Shown here in pieces: positions 1 to 8,135 of a stretch of 64,000 nucleotides of DNA. Source of the DNA: Planctomycetota bacterium (lineage in GTDB: Bacteria; Planctomycetota; UBA1135; GCA-002686595); NCBI GenBank assembly GCA_965662915.1, contig CBFIJG010000001.1, positions 173,929 to 237,928 of the forward strand, read 5' to 3'. The translations under genes and the position numbers were made by a program. Below the pieces are notes generated by a model, which had not been told where the DNA came from, did not search any database, and saw only the letters and a list, made by a program, of their open reading frames with translations. Position 1 is the stretch's first letter; every line of letters begins with the position of its first letter.

Positions 1-825
1 GCTCGCCAGCTCCATTGGTGGATCGAGGCGATGCGACGGGCGTTCGCCGATCGCGCGGTCCATCTCGGGGATCCGGATCACCATCCGGTGCCTGTCGATT
101 CCCTGCTCAGCTCCGAGTGGATCGCCGAGCGCCGTGTGTCGATCGGGGCGCGCGCCGACCTATCGGTGGCTGCGTGGGCGGATGCACCGGGCTCTGAGTC
201 GCAGGAGACGACGCACCTCTCCGTGCTGGACCGGTTCGGGAACGCGGTCTCGCTCACGACGACGCTCAACGGGAGCTTCGGCAGCGGCATCTACGTGGAT
301 CAGGGCGGCTTCTTCCTGAACAACGAGCTGGACGACTTCTCGATCCAGGCGGGGACGCCGAACATGTACGGGCTGGTGGGCGCGGCTGCGAACCAGCTCG
401 CCCCCGGCAAGCGCCCGCTGTCCTCGATGTGCCCGGTGGTGGTCCGAAACGAGCGCGGGGACGTCGCCCTCGTGCTGGGCGCTCCGGGTGGCCCGCGCAT
501 CATCACCGCCGTGACCCAGGTCGTCCTCCGCGTGCTCGCATACGACCAGACCCTCCTCGAGGCGGTCCGTGCGCCACGAATCCATCAGCAGTGGCGTCCT
601 GAGGCCACGCGGTTCGAGAGCGGTTGGGATCCGCGACTCCTGCGCGATCTCGAGGCGCTTCACGGTCAGCCCGTCGTCGAGCCGACGAGCTCGGTGTTCG
701 GATCCATCCAGGCCATCCAGGTGGACGTCGAAGGGCGCGTCGAAGCGGTGAGCGATCCCCGCCGGGGTGGCTCCGCTGGCCTCGAAGGGCAGGACCCCGC
801 CAGGCCCGCGTTGCTTCCTCGCTGA
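1..825 (+). CDS. ggt: gamma-glutamyltransferase, C-terminal portion (5' end upstream of window)
   Basis: Frame is open from nt 1 (track ORF 31..825). Motifs ETTHLSVLD (autoprocessing Thr nucleophile), TTLNGSFGSG, FFLNNELDDFS and PGKRPLSSMCP are hallmarks of GGT (Ntn hydrolase family). Confidence 0.9.
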   Translation, partial: ARQLHWWIEAMRRAFADRAVHLGDPDHHPVPVDSLLSSEWIAERRVSIGARADLSVAAWADAPGSESQETTHLSVLDRFGNAVSLTTTLNGSFGSGIYVDQGGFFLNNELDDFSIQAGTPNMYGLVGAAANQLAPGKRPLSSMCPVVVRNERGDVALVLGAPGGPRIITAVTQVVLRVLAYDQTLLEAVRAPRIHQQWRPEATRFESGWDPRLLRDLEALHGQPVVEPTSSVFGSIQAIQVDVEGRVEAVSDPRRGGSAGLEGQDPARPALLPR

Positions 826-851
826 TCGCTCGACTCACGGGGCGAGCGCGA

Positions 852-889
852 AGAAGGGGCGCCGCGATCGATGTCGCGGCGCCCCTTCT
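852..889. terminator. bidirectional terminator-like hairpin between convergent genes
   Basis: Perfect 16-bp inverted repeat AGAAGGGGCGCCGCGA / TCGCGGCGCCCCTTCT with a 6-nt loop. It lies between the ggt stop (825) and the stop of 913..2115(-). No U-tract. Confidence 0.55.
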
Positions 890-912
890 CGCGGCGGTGC
901 GGCCACTCGGGC

Positions 913-2115
913 TCAGCCGTCGATGTCGTCGAGATCGAGATCGTCGAGGTCGAGGTCATCGAGGTCGTCGAGCTTCGACTCGGCGCTCTCCTGCATGATC
1001 TCCTCGGCCTCCTTGTACATCTCGCCGATGTAGATCCGCTCCCAGTGCGCGGGGTCGGCGACGACCTTGCTCCAGCTCTTGTGGAGATTGATGACGATCA
1101 TGAGGTCCTGCCGCAGTTCCTTCTCACCGAAGGTGCCGTCTTCGCTCTCGCCTGCGGTTCGCCAGCCGATGTCGAAGCGGTCGTTCTTGCTGCCGCGGAC
1201 CGCGGTGAGGACCCGCGCCGCGGACTTGCCGCCGAGGACCTGCTCCTCGCTCTCGAAGTCCATGGCGATGTACTTGTTGATGACCAGCGGATAGATCTCC
1301 TTCTTGCCGTCGATGCTGAGCTCGCGCTCCGCGGCCGCGCTCTTGCGGCCGGCGTCGACGAAGAGGAGGTTGGCCTTCTGGCCGAGCTCGTTCCACTCAG
1401 CCTCCGAGATCTCCTGGGGGCGTGTGAACGGCTCGAGGGCCGCGAACATCGCCTTGAGTTCGTCGGTGCTGTTGTCGGTCAGCTTGCCGGTCTTCTTCCT
1501 TGGCTTGGGCTTCACAGCCGGCTCAGTGCTGGGCGCCTCGGAGGTTGCTTCGCCCTCCGGAGTCGCAGCCTCGTCCGCGGCCGCTGCTTCCGCCGATGCG
1601 TCGTCAGTCGCGGCTGATTCCGATGTGTCGCCCGCGTCCTCCTGGTCGCCGCTCGCGGTCACCGCGTCCGTGCCTTCGGAGCTGGTCTCCTCGGTGGGGT
1701 CGCCGCCGAAGAGCCCGCCGAAGTAGGCACCGGCGCCGCCCAGGATGACGACGACCCCTGCGATCAGCAGCATCGGGGAGGACTTCTTCTCGGGCTTCTC
1801 GCGGCGGCTGCGCCTCGCGCCGCCTTCCGCGCCGTCACGGCTACGCCGCGAGGCGGTCGCTCCAGAGCGGGCGGCGCCACTGCGGGTGGGACGAGCGGGG
1901 CGCTCACCTTTTGCGGCCTTGCTCGAGGCAGCCCGGGACTTGGGCGCGGACTTGGCTGCCGGCTTGGCTGCGGGTGCGGCCGCCGCGGCGGGCTCGGAAG
2001 CCGCTCCGGCAGCTTGCTCGGCGCGGCGCCGGGCAGCGATCTGCTCGCGCATCGAGGGGCCTGACCCCTTCTTGGGGCTCTTGCGCGGAATCGGTTCGGG
2101 CTTGTCGTCGGCCAT
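913..2115 (-). CDS. hypothetical single-pass membrane protein with poly-acidic C-terminal tail
   Basis: Track ORF with coding-like composition. It has a Lys/Arg/Ala-rich N-terminus, one TM helix (MLLIAGVVVILGGAGAYFGGLF), an Asp/Glu/Ala/Thr-rich linker and a globular C-domain of about 190 aa. The tail is LDDLDDLDLDDLDLDDIDG. No family recognised. Confidence 0.65.
   Translation of the reverse strand: MADDKPEPIPRKSPKKGSGPSMREQIAARRRAEQAAGAASEPAAAAAPAAKPAAKSAPKSRAASSKAAKGERPARPTRSGAARSGATASRRSRDGAEGGARRSRREKPEKKSSPMLLIAGVVVILGGAGAYFGGLFGGDPTEETSSEGTDAVTASGDQEDAGDTSESAATDDASAEAAAADEAATPEGEATSEAPSTEPAVKPKPRKKTGKLTDNSTDELKAMFAALEPFTRPQEISEAEWNELGQKANLLFVDAGRKSAAAERELSIDGKKEIYPLVINKYIAMDFESEEQVLGGKSAARVLTAVRGSKNDRFDIGWRTAGESEDGTFGEKELRQDLMIVINLHKSWSKVVADPAHWERIYIGEMYKEAEEIMQESAESKLDDLDDLDLDDLDLDDIDG
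916..975 (-). repeat. degenerate GTCGAG/GAGATC hexamer run encoding the (D/L) acidic tail
   Basis: Plus strand reads gtcgat gtcgtc gagatc gagatc gtcgag gtcgag gtcatc gaggtc gtcgag. This is a low-complexity coding repeat at the 3' end of 913..2115(-). Confidence 0.5.
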
Positions 2116-2166
2116 GGGGATCGCAGTCCTGTTGCGTGCTTGGGAGGGGTGCGGCGGCGCCGCGGA

Positions 2167-3561
2167 TCAGTTGTTCTTCCTGTCGCGCTTGGCGCGCTCG
2201 CGCTTCGCTTTCTCGTAGAGGGCGCGCTCGCGATCGTTGGCAGGTTCGAAGTCCGGGTCGTCCAGGAACACGCTGTCTGCGTCCAGGCTGTCCGGAGCGG
2301 TGGGCGCCGTGAAGCGCTTGTACTTCTTGTCGTACCAGGCGAACCACTGCTTCACGCCCGACTCGATCCGCTCGCGGGTGGCGCCGAGCGCGACGTTGGC
2401 CTCGAAGGTCGTCTCGAAGCCCGTGATGTCGCGGAGGGATTCGTGGATCAGCTGGAGTGACGCGCCGTCATCGGGCGTGAACTCCGTGAGGGAACCGCCC
2501 TGCGTGACGATGGTGGACATCTTCGTGAGGAGAGCAGGGATCGCGTTCTTGCCCTCGGAGAGCACACCGTCGCGGGCCCTGGTCAGCGCCCGCCCGGTGA
2601 GATCCGGGTCGGCGAGGTCCTCGACGAGCGCCGTGATGCGGGCCCGCGCCTCGGCGCTCACCTCGACGTCGAATGGGATGGCGCGGATGGTGCTCTCGTA
2701 GACGACCGAGCCGTCGCTGAGCGTCTTCTTCGCCGGTCGCTTGCGCGGGCCACGGCCGAGGCGGTCGCGCTCCGCGTCGGTGTACCAGCGCCCCACCCAG
2801 ATCCACTTCCAATCCGTGACGCGATCTCCCAGGACTTTGCCGCGGAGGCGCCACTCGGTCGCGCGATCGGGAAGCCCGAGGCTGGTGTCCGAGCACTGGC
2901 TGGTCATGATGACCGTCGCAGTGCCCTCGATCTCGTCGAGCGCCTCGACGCGGCCGTCGTAGGGCTGCCAGAGGGCGACGGAGTCGTCGGCGGAGCGGCC
3001 GGTGGCTCTCGCGACCATCGTGTTGGTGAACTCCACCCTCTGGATCTCGGTGAGTGCCAGCCATTCCGCGCGGGCGGCGTCGGCGTTCTCCGCCTCCGGG
3101 GCCTGCGCCGCGTCGGAAGCGGGCTTGGGCGGGGTGGGGGACTTGGGTGCGGAGGGCCAGAATTCGTAGGCGCCGCGTGCGTCGAGGCCGGCGAGGAGCC
3201 TTCCCTGGTTCCCTGCTCCCGCCGCCGTGTGGAGCTGGCGGACGAGCTTCTGGAGCGTTCCGTCCCAGGAGGTGAGGTCCTCTCTGGGGGTTTCGGGCTC
3301 GACGGCGGCCTCCTCCTGCTGCTTGGGCGCAGGGGCATCGCCGCCGGAGCGGGATGCCATGATCCCCACCACGGCGGCTGCGAGGACGGCTCCTCCGATG
3401 ATCACGTACCTGGTGGGGTCCTCTTTCTTGTCACGGCGCCCGCGCGCGCCGACCGGCCTGGCCACGTAGACATGGCCACAGCTGGGGCACTTGACTTTGG
3501 CGCCCTCCTTGCTCTGGGGGATCTTGGCCTGCGTACCGCAGGAGGTGCACTGGATCAGCAT
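2167..3561 (-). CDS. hypothetical membrane-anchored protein with N-terminal CxxC-N16-CxxC zinc ribbon
   Basis: Track ORF 2167..3702 trimmed to the ATG at 3561. MLIQCTSCGTQAKIPQSKEGAKVKCPSCGHVY is an MJ0042-type zinc ribbon, which normally sits at the extreme N-terminus. It is followed by a TM helix (YVIIGGAVLAAAVVGIMA), an extracytoplasmic region of about 390 aa and a KR-rich tail (KAKRERAKRDRKNN). Confidence 0.7.
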   Translation of the reverse strand: MLIQCTSCGTQAKIPQSKEGAKVKCPSCGHVYVARPVGARGRRDKKEDPTRYVIIGGAVLAAAVVGIMASRSGGDAPAPKQQEEAAVEPETPREDLTSWDGTLQKLVRQLHTAAGAGNQGRLLAGLDARGAYEFWPSAPKSPTPPKPASDAAQAPEAENADAARAEWLALTEIQRVEFTNTMVARATGRSADDSVALWQPYDGRVEALDEIEGTATVIMTSQCSDTSLGLPDRATEWRLRGKVLGDRVTDWKWIWVGRWYTDAERDRLGRGPRKRPAKKTLSDGSVVYESTIRAIPFDVEVSAEARARITALVEDLADPDLTGRALTRARDGVLSEGKNAIPALLTKMSTIVTQGGSLTEFTPDDGASLQLIHESLRDITGFETTFEANVALGATRERIESGVKQWFAWYDKKYKRFTAPTAPDSLDADSVFLDDPDFEPANDRERALYEKAKRERAKRDRKNN

Positions 3562-3728
3562 GCGCGTGGAGGCTCTGCGGGCGGGGAAGCTCGCCGGGGG
3601 AATCGGGGGCGTGGAGTGCAGTTGGGTGTGCATTCCGGGCAGGCGAGGGCAGGGACCGATCACCGCGGGGTGAAAGCTACAGAGGGTCTCGTGCCCTGGC
3701 AACGGCCCTACCGCGACGCAGTACCTCC

Positions 3729-3741
3729 GAAACGACGTTTC
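3729..3741. promoter_or_regulatory. 13-nt palindrome GAAACGACGTTTC upstream of uvrB (candidate operator, possibly SOS-box-like)
   Basis: Perfect 6-1-6 inverted repeat 77 nt upstream of the uvrB ATG (3818), in the divergent intergenic region. It resembles, but does not match the spacing of, GAAC-N4-GTTC LexA boxes. It is followed by a CTCACCGA direct repeat (3741..3748 and 3751..3758). Confidence 0.25.
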
Positions 3742-3817
3742 TCACCGACCCTCACCGAAGGTTGAAATGCCGAAGGTCGGGCCCCACGGCGCCCGCCAGA
3801 TGTCGAGGATCGGGGCC

Positions 3818-5839
3818 ATGAGCGAGTCGGGTTTCAAGCTGAGGTGCCCTTTCGAACCGATGGGGCATCAGCCTCAGGCGATCGACGGTCTCGTGCGGGG
3901 CATTCACGAGGGGGCGAGGCATCAGTGCCTTCTCGGCATCACGGGGAGCGGGAAGACCTTCACGATGGCCCAGGCCATCGCGCAATCCGGGCGGCCCGCG
4001 CTCGTTCTCTCGCCGAACAAGACCCTGGCCGCGCAGCTCTACTCGGAGTTCAAGGAGCTCTTCCCCGACAACGCGGTCGAGTACTTCGTCAGCTATTACG
4101 ACTACTACCAGCCGGAAGCGTACGTCCCCTCGACGGACACGTTCATCGAGAAGGACGCGAGCCGGAACGAGAACATCGAGCGGCTGCGGAACAGCGCCAC
4201 TCGATCCCTCCTGGACCGTCGTGACGTGATCCTCGTGGCCTCGGTGTCCTGCATCTACGGACTCGGAAGCCCCTCGAACTACAGCCGGATGGCCGTGCGC
4301 CTCGAGGTGGGCCAGGAGCTCGAGCGCGATGCGCTGCTGAGGCAGCTCACCCAGATGCAGTATGCGCGGAACAACCTGGACTTCCGCAGGGGGACCTTCC
4401 GGGTGCGTGGGGACGTCGTGGAGATCTTCCCGTCGTACGAGGACGACGAGGTCATTCGTATCGAGTTCTTCGGCGACGAGATCGAGGCGATCACCCGGGT
4501 CAATCCGCTCCTCGGTGAGATCCTCGGGGACGTCGAGGAGATCAACGTCTACCCGCAGAACCACTACGTCGCTCCCCAGGATCGACTCGCGAGCGCCATC
4601 CCGAAGATCGAGGCGGAACTGGAGGGTCGGCTCGCGGAGTTGAAAGACAAGAAGCGGCTGCTGGAAGCGCAGCGACTAGAGCAGCGGACCCGTCACGACC
4701 TCGAGCTTCTCCGCACGGTTGGAGTCTGCAGTGGGATCGAGAACTACAGCCGGTTCATGGATGGCCGTGAAGAGGGGCAGCCTCCGTTCACGCTGCTGCA
4801 CTACTTCCCTGACGACTTCGTCATGTACATCGACGAGAGTCATGTATCGGTCCCACAGGTCGGTGCGATGTACAAAGGGGACCGGAGCCGCAAGGAGACC
4901 CTCGTCGATCACGGTTTCCGACTTCCCAGCGCCCTCGACAACCGGCCGCTGAAGTGGGACGAGTTCGACCGCCTCCTGAAGCAGGTTGTCTACGTGTCCG
5001 CGACGCCGGGACCGTTCGAGAAGAAAGTCTCCAAGGACCACACCGTCGAGCAGATCGTGAGGCCCACGGGTCTGCTCGATCCGGAGATCGAGGTGCGGCC
5101 CGCCCGTACCCAGGTGGACGATCTGCTCGCGGAGATCCGCAAGACAGTGGCCACCAAGGCACGGGTGCTCGTCACGACTCTCACGAAGCGGATGGCGGAA
5201 GACCTGACGAACTACTACGCCGACATCGGGATCAAGGTCCGCTATCTCCACTCGGAGATCGATGCTCTGGAACGATCCGCGATCCTGCGGGATCTGCGCC
5301 TCGGCACCTTCGACGTGCTCGTCGGGATCAACCTCCTCCGCGAGGGCCTCGACCTTCCCGAGGTGGCGTTGGTGGCGATTCTCGATGCCGACAAGGAGGG
5401 GTTCCTTCGCGGCGAGACGAGCCTCATCCAGACGTGCGGCCGGGCCGCCCGGAACGCGGACGGGCGGGTGATCTTCTACGCCGAGAACGTCACTGCCTCC
5501 ATGCGGTCGGCGATGGACGAGGTGGCCCGGCGCCGCGAGGTGCAGACCGCCTACAACGCCGAGCACGGGATCGAGCCGCGGACGATCTTCAAACCTGTTC
5601 GGGACGGGATCGAGTCGCTCTACGAGATGGACTACTCCGCCGTCCCGGACATCGCGGACGCCGGTCCGGTCACGGAGTCGGAGGACGATCCGCGCACCTG
5701 GCCCACGAAGCGCCTTCGGGGCGAGATCGCGCGCGTTCGTGCCGACATGCTGCTGGCGGCGGGCGAGCTTCGGTTCGAGGAGGCCACGGCGCTCCGCGAT
5801 CGCCTCAAGGAGCTGGAGGCGCTGGAGCTCTCGCGTTGA
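3818..5839 (+). CDS. uvrB: excinuclease ABC subunit B
   Basis: Track ORF 3767..5839. Start moved to ATG 3818 (MSESGFKL...) to match UvrB N-termini. Contains Walker [25 protein letters not shown] box ([10 protein letters not shown]), helicase motifs and a C-terminal UVR domain ([18 protein letters not shown]). Confidence 0.97.
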   Translation: MSESGFKLRCPFEPMGHQPQAIDGLVRGIHEGARHQCLLGITGSGKTFTMAQAIAQSGRPALVLSPNKTLAAQLYSEFKELFPDNAVEYFVSYYDYYQPEAYVPSTDTFIEKDASRNENIERLRNSATRSLLDRRDVILVASVSCIYGLGSPSNYSRMAVRLEVGQELERDALLRQLTQMQYARNNLDFRRGTFRVRGDVVEIFPSYEDDEVIRIEFFGDEIEAITRVNPLLGEILGDVEEINVYPQNHYVAPQDRLASAIPKIEAELEGRLAELKDKKRLLEAQRLEQRTRHDLELLRTVGVCSGIENYSRFMDGREEGQPPFTLLHYFPDDFVMYIDESHVSVPQVGAMYKGDRSRKETLVDHGFRLPSALDNRPLKWDEFDRLLKQVVYVSATPGPFEKKVSKDHTVEQIVRPTGLLDPEIEVRPARTQVDDLLAEIRKTVATKARVLVTTLTKRMAEDLTNYYADIGIKVRYLHSEIDALERSAILRDLRLGTFDVLVGINLLREGLDLPEVALVAILDADKEGFLRGETSLIQTCGRAARNADGRVIFYAENVTASMRSAMDEVARRREVQTAYNAEHGIEPRTIFKPVRDGIESLYEMDYSAVPDIADAGPVTESEDDPRTWPTKRLRGEIARVRADMLLAAGELRFEEATALRDRLKELEALELSR

Positions 5840-6522
5840 AGCGGTCGCATGTCTCTCGCCGGGCGTGCTGAGTGGCCTCGGCGACGCGGTCGGCGAAGTG
5901 GCTGGTCTGCATCCAGACGCGCCCGGGTCCCCTCAGTGGCGCGAGGAACAGGCCCTCGCCCCCGAAGGTCTTCGAGGCCACTCCGCCGACGAGCTTGATC
6001 GTGTATTGGACGGTCTCGTCGATTCCGACGAGACAGTCGTTGTCGATCCCCTGGCGCTGTCCAGGCTCGCGCGTCCGCTCGAGGACGTGTCCCTTCGCGC
6101 GGATGGATGCGAGCCCATCCCCGGAGAGCTTCTGGAGGACGAACCCCTCACCACCGAAGAATCCGGCTCCGAGCCTCCTGGTGGACGCGACCCAGACCGC
6201 GACCCCGCGTCAGCAGAGGAAGGCGTCTCGCTGGCAGAGGACCGTTCCCTGGGAGAGGTCGACGGCCTTGACGTTGGCCGGCTGCTCTGGGGAGAAGCCG
6301 ACCTTCCGTCGAACCTCTCCCTCGTTCTCGAATCGCGTCACGAAGAAGCTCGCTCCGGCGAGCTTGCGCTTCAGGCCCGAGAGCAGACCGCCCCGCGTGG
6401 AAGTCCCCATTTGGATGCCCTCGGCCATGAACATGAGCGCCCCTTGCTCTGCCTGGACGGTTTCGCCGGGGGCGAGCGTGATCACGATGGCGCGGAAGTT
6501 GTCACCGAGGAATCGGTGCCAT
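5805..6522 (-). pseudogene. AIM24/TIGR00266 (DUF124) family gene, disrupted by an in-frame TGA and an out-of-frame start codon
   Basis: - Track ORF 6210..6485 (ITLAPGETVQAEQGALMFMAEGIQM...QRDAFLC) ends at TGA 6212..6210.
- The same frame continues without a shift as [45 protein letters not shown]...FGGEGLFLAPLRGPGRVWMQTSHFADRV, down to the stop at 5807..5805. This is the conserved C-terminal half of the AIM24 fold.
- Upstream, the in-frame peptide HRFLGDNFRAIV looks like the family N-terminus but has no ATG, GTG or TTG.
- The only ATG (6522..6520) is offset by one nucleotide. Confidence 0.6.
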
Positions 6523-6636
6523 GGCGCTCGGTATGGGCTCGCCCCGGATTGGTCCCGGGGATCAGATCGGTGCAGATTGATTTGACCGCGACGGCTCCTG
6601 CGGGATCTTCACGCGCTGGGAGGGCATGATGCGGCG

Positions 6637-6975
6637 GTGGCTTCGACCGATGATTTCTACTGCGACGAGGTGCTCTCCGGAAGGACGGAGGTGCAAGTGG
6701 TCACCGAGACCGATCGGGTGCTCGCCTACCACCACACCCGGCCGTTCTGGCCCGTTCACATCGTCGTGATCCCCAAGATGCACGTCCCATCCCTGACGGA
6801 CCTCAGCGGCGCTCCGGAGGGCCTCCTCGCCGACCTGCTCGCGGTGGTGCGTGAGGTGGCGGCGGACGTCGAGCGTCGTCACGGAGCAGCTCGCGTGCTC
6901 ACGAACCTCGGGGCGTACCAGGACTCGAAGCATCTCCACTTCCACGTCAACAGCGGCGAGCCCCTGCGGGGCTGA
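6637..6975 (+). CDS. HIT (histidine triad) family protein
   Basis: Track ORF with a GTG start. The histidine-triad motif HLHFHV is near the C-terminus, and VIPKMHVPSL is typical of HINT-like proteins. Confidence 0.85.
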   Translation: MASTDDFYCDEVLSGRTEVQVVTETDRVLAYHHTRPFWPVHIVVIPKMHVPSLTDLSGAPEGLLADLLAVVREVAADVERRHGAARVLTNLGAYQDSKHLHFHVNSGEPLRG

Positions 6976-6990
6976 TCGCACCTGCCGACC

Positions 6991-8076
6991 ATGGCTCCCG
7001 GTCCCCAGCTCAGCGAATCCGAAATCGAGGCCGCCGTCCGGCTCTTCGACATCCCGGGTCGTTTCAAGTCGGCCGAGGAGCTGCGCCGTGGACACATCCA
7101 CACGACCTACATCTCCACCTGGACGGGCCCCGACGGTGCCAATCGCTATTTGCACCAGCGACTCAACGCGGAGGTGTTCCGGGACATCCCGTCGCTGATG
7201 CACAACGTCGGCCTCGTCACGCGTCACCTGGCGGCGGGCGCGGAGGTGGGCGCGATGGAGGCGTTGCAGCTCGTTCCTCACGCGGTGACGGGCGCGGACT
7301 ACGCGGAGACGCCCGAGGCGCCGTGGCGGACCTATCGATTCATCGAGGGCGCCGTGTCCTACGACCACCCGAAGGACGACCGGATGGCTTACACCGCGGC
7401 CTCGGCGTTCGGGGACTTCCAGGTTCGACTCGCGGGGCTCGACGCGAAGAAGCTCAGGACCACGATCCCGGACTTCTTCAACTCCGAGGCCCGTCTCCGG
7501 CAGCTCGACGCCTCGGTCGCGGCCGACCTGGCGGGGCGCCGCGTCAGCGTGGAGGCGGAGCTCGCCTTCGTGGACGAGCGCCGTGCTTCCTGCAGCGTCA
7601 TGGAGGACGCTCTCCGATCGGGCCGTATGCCTGCGAGGGTCGTGCACGGCGACACCAAACTCAACAACGTGCTCTTCGACCGGGAATCCGGTGAGCCTCG
7701 CTGTGTCGTGGACCTGGACACTTGCATGCCCGGGTACTCGCTCTACGACTTCGGCGACCTGGTGCGCTTCACGGCGGCGACCTGCGACGAGGACGAGCAG
7801 GATCTCGAACGCGCCCGGATCGACGAGGACACCTTCCAGGCCCTTCAGTCGGGATATCTAGAGCATGCCGCAGGGTTCCTGACGGCCTTCGAGCGCGAAC
7901 ACATGGCCTTCAGCGCTCGGCTGGTGACGCTCACCATCGGCATGCGCTTCCTCGCGGACCACCTCGCGGGGGACCGATATTTCAAGATCTCTCGGCCGAA
8001 GCAGAACCTCGACCGGGCGCGCGTGCAGTTCGCGCTCGTGGCCGACATGGAACGCCGTCTGGGCGGTGGTGGGTGA
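6991..8076 (+). CDS. APH-fold phosphotransferase (N-acetylhexosamine-1-kinase-like)
   Basis: Catalytic loop VVHGDTKLNNVLFD followed by VVDLDTCMPGYSLYDFGDLVR (Mg-binding D) is the aminoglycoside/choline-kinase-like fold. The HGDTKxNN variant is, as I recall, characteristic of NahK-type sugar-1-kinases. The substrate is not established. Confidence 0.7.
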   Translation: MAPGPQLSESEIEAAVRLFDIPGRFKSAEELRRGHIHTTYISTWTGPDGANRYLHQRLNAEVFRDIPSLMHNVGLVTRHLAAGAEVGAMEALQLVPHAVTGADYAETPEAPWRTYRFIEGAVSYDHPKDDRMAYTAASAFGDFQVRLAGLDAKKLRTTIPDFFNSEARLRQLDASVAADLAGRRVSVEAELAFVDERRASCSVMEDALRSGRMPARVVHGDTKLNNVLFDRESGEPRCVVDLDTCMPGYSLYDFGDLVRFTAATCDEDEQDLERARIDEDTFQALQSGYLEHAAGFLTAFEREHMAFSARLVTLTIGMRFLADHLAGDRYFKISRPKQNLDRARVQFALVADMERRLGGGG

Positions 8077-8135
8077 GTCCCCTCGGGGCTCCGCCGATTG
8101 CGTCGCGGGTCCGCCCGGCCTATACCCCATGAGCG

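Noticed and set aside
6210-6212. In-frame TGA in the AIM24-like gene read as selenocysteine or genetic-code reassignment
   Set aside because: - Many genes in the window terminate with TGA, so there is no reassignment.
- The aligned position in the family is not a catalytic Cys.
- The downstream GACGCG...CGCGUC stem does not resemble a bacterial SECIS in spacing or loop.
- The gene also lacks an in-frame start.

Together these favour a pseudogene.
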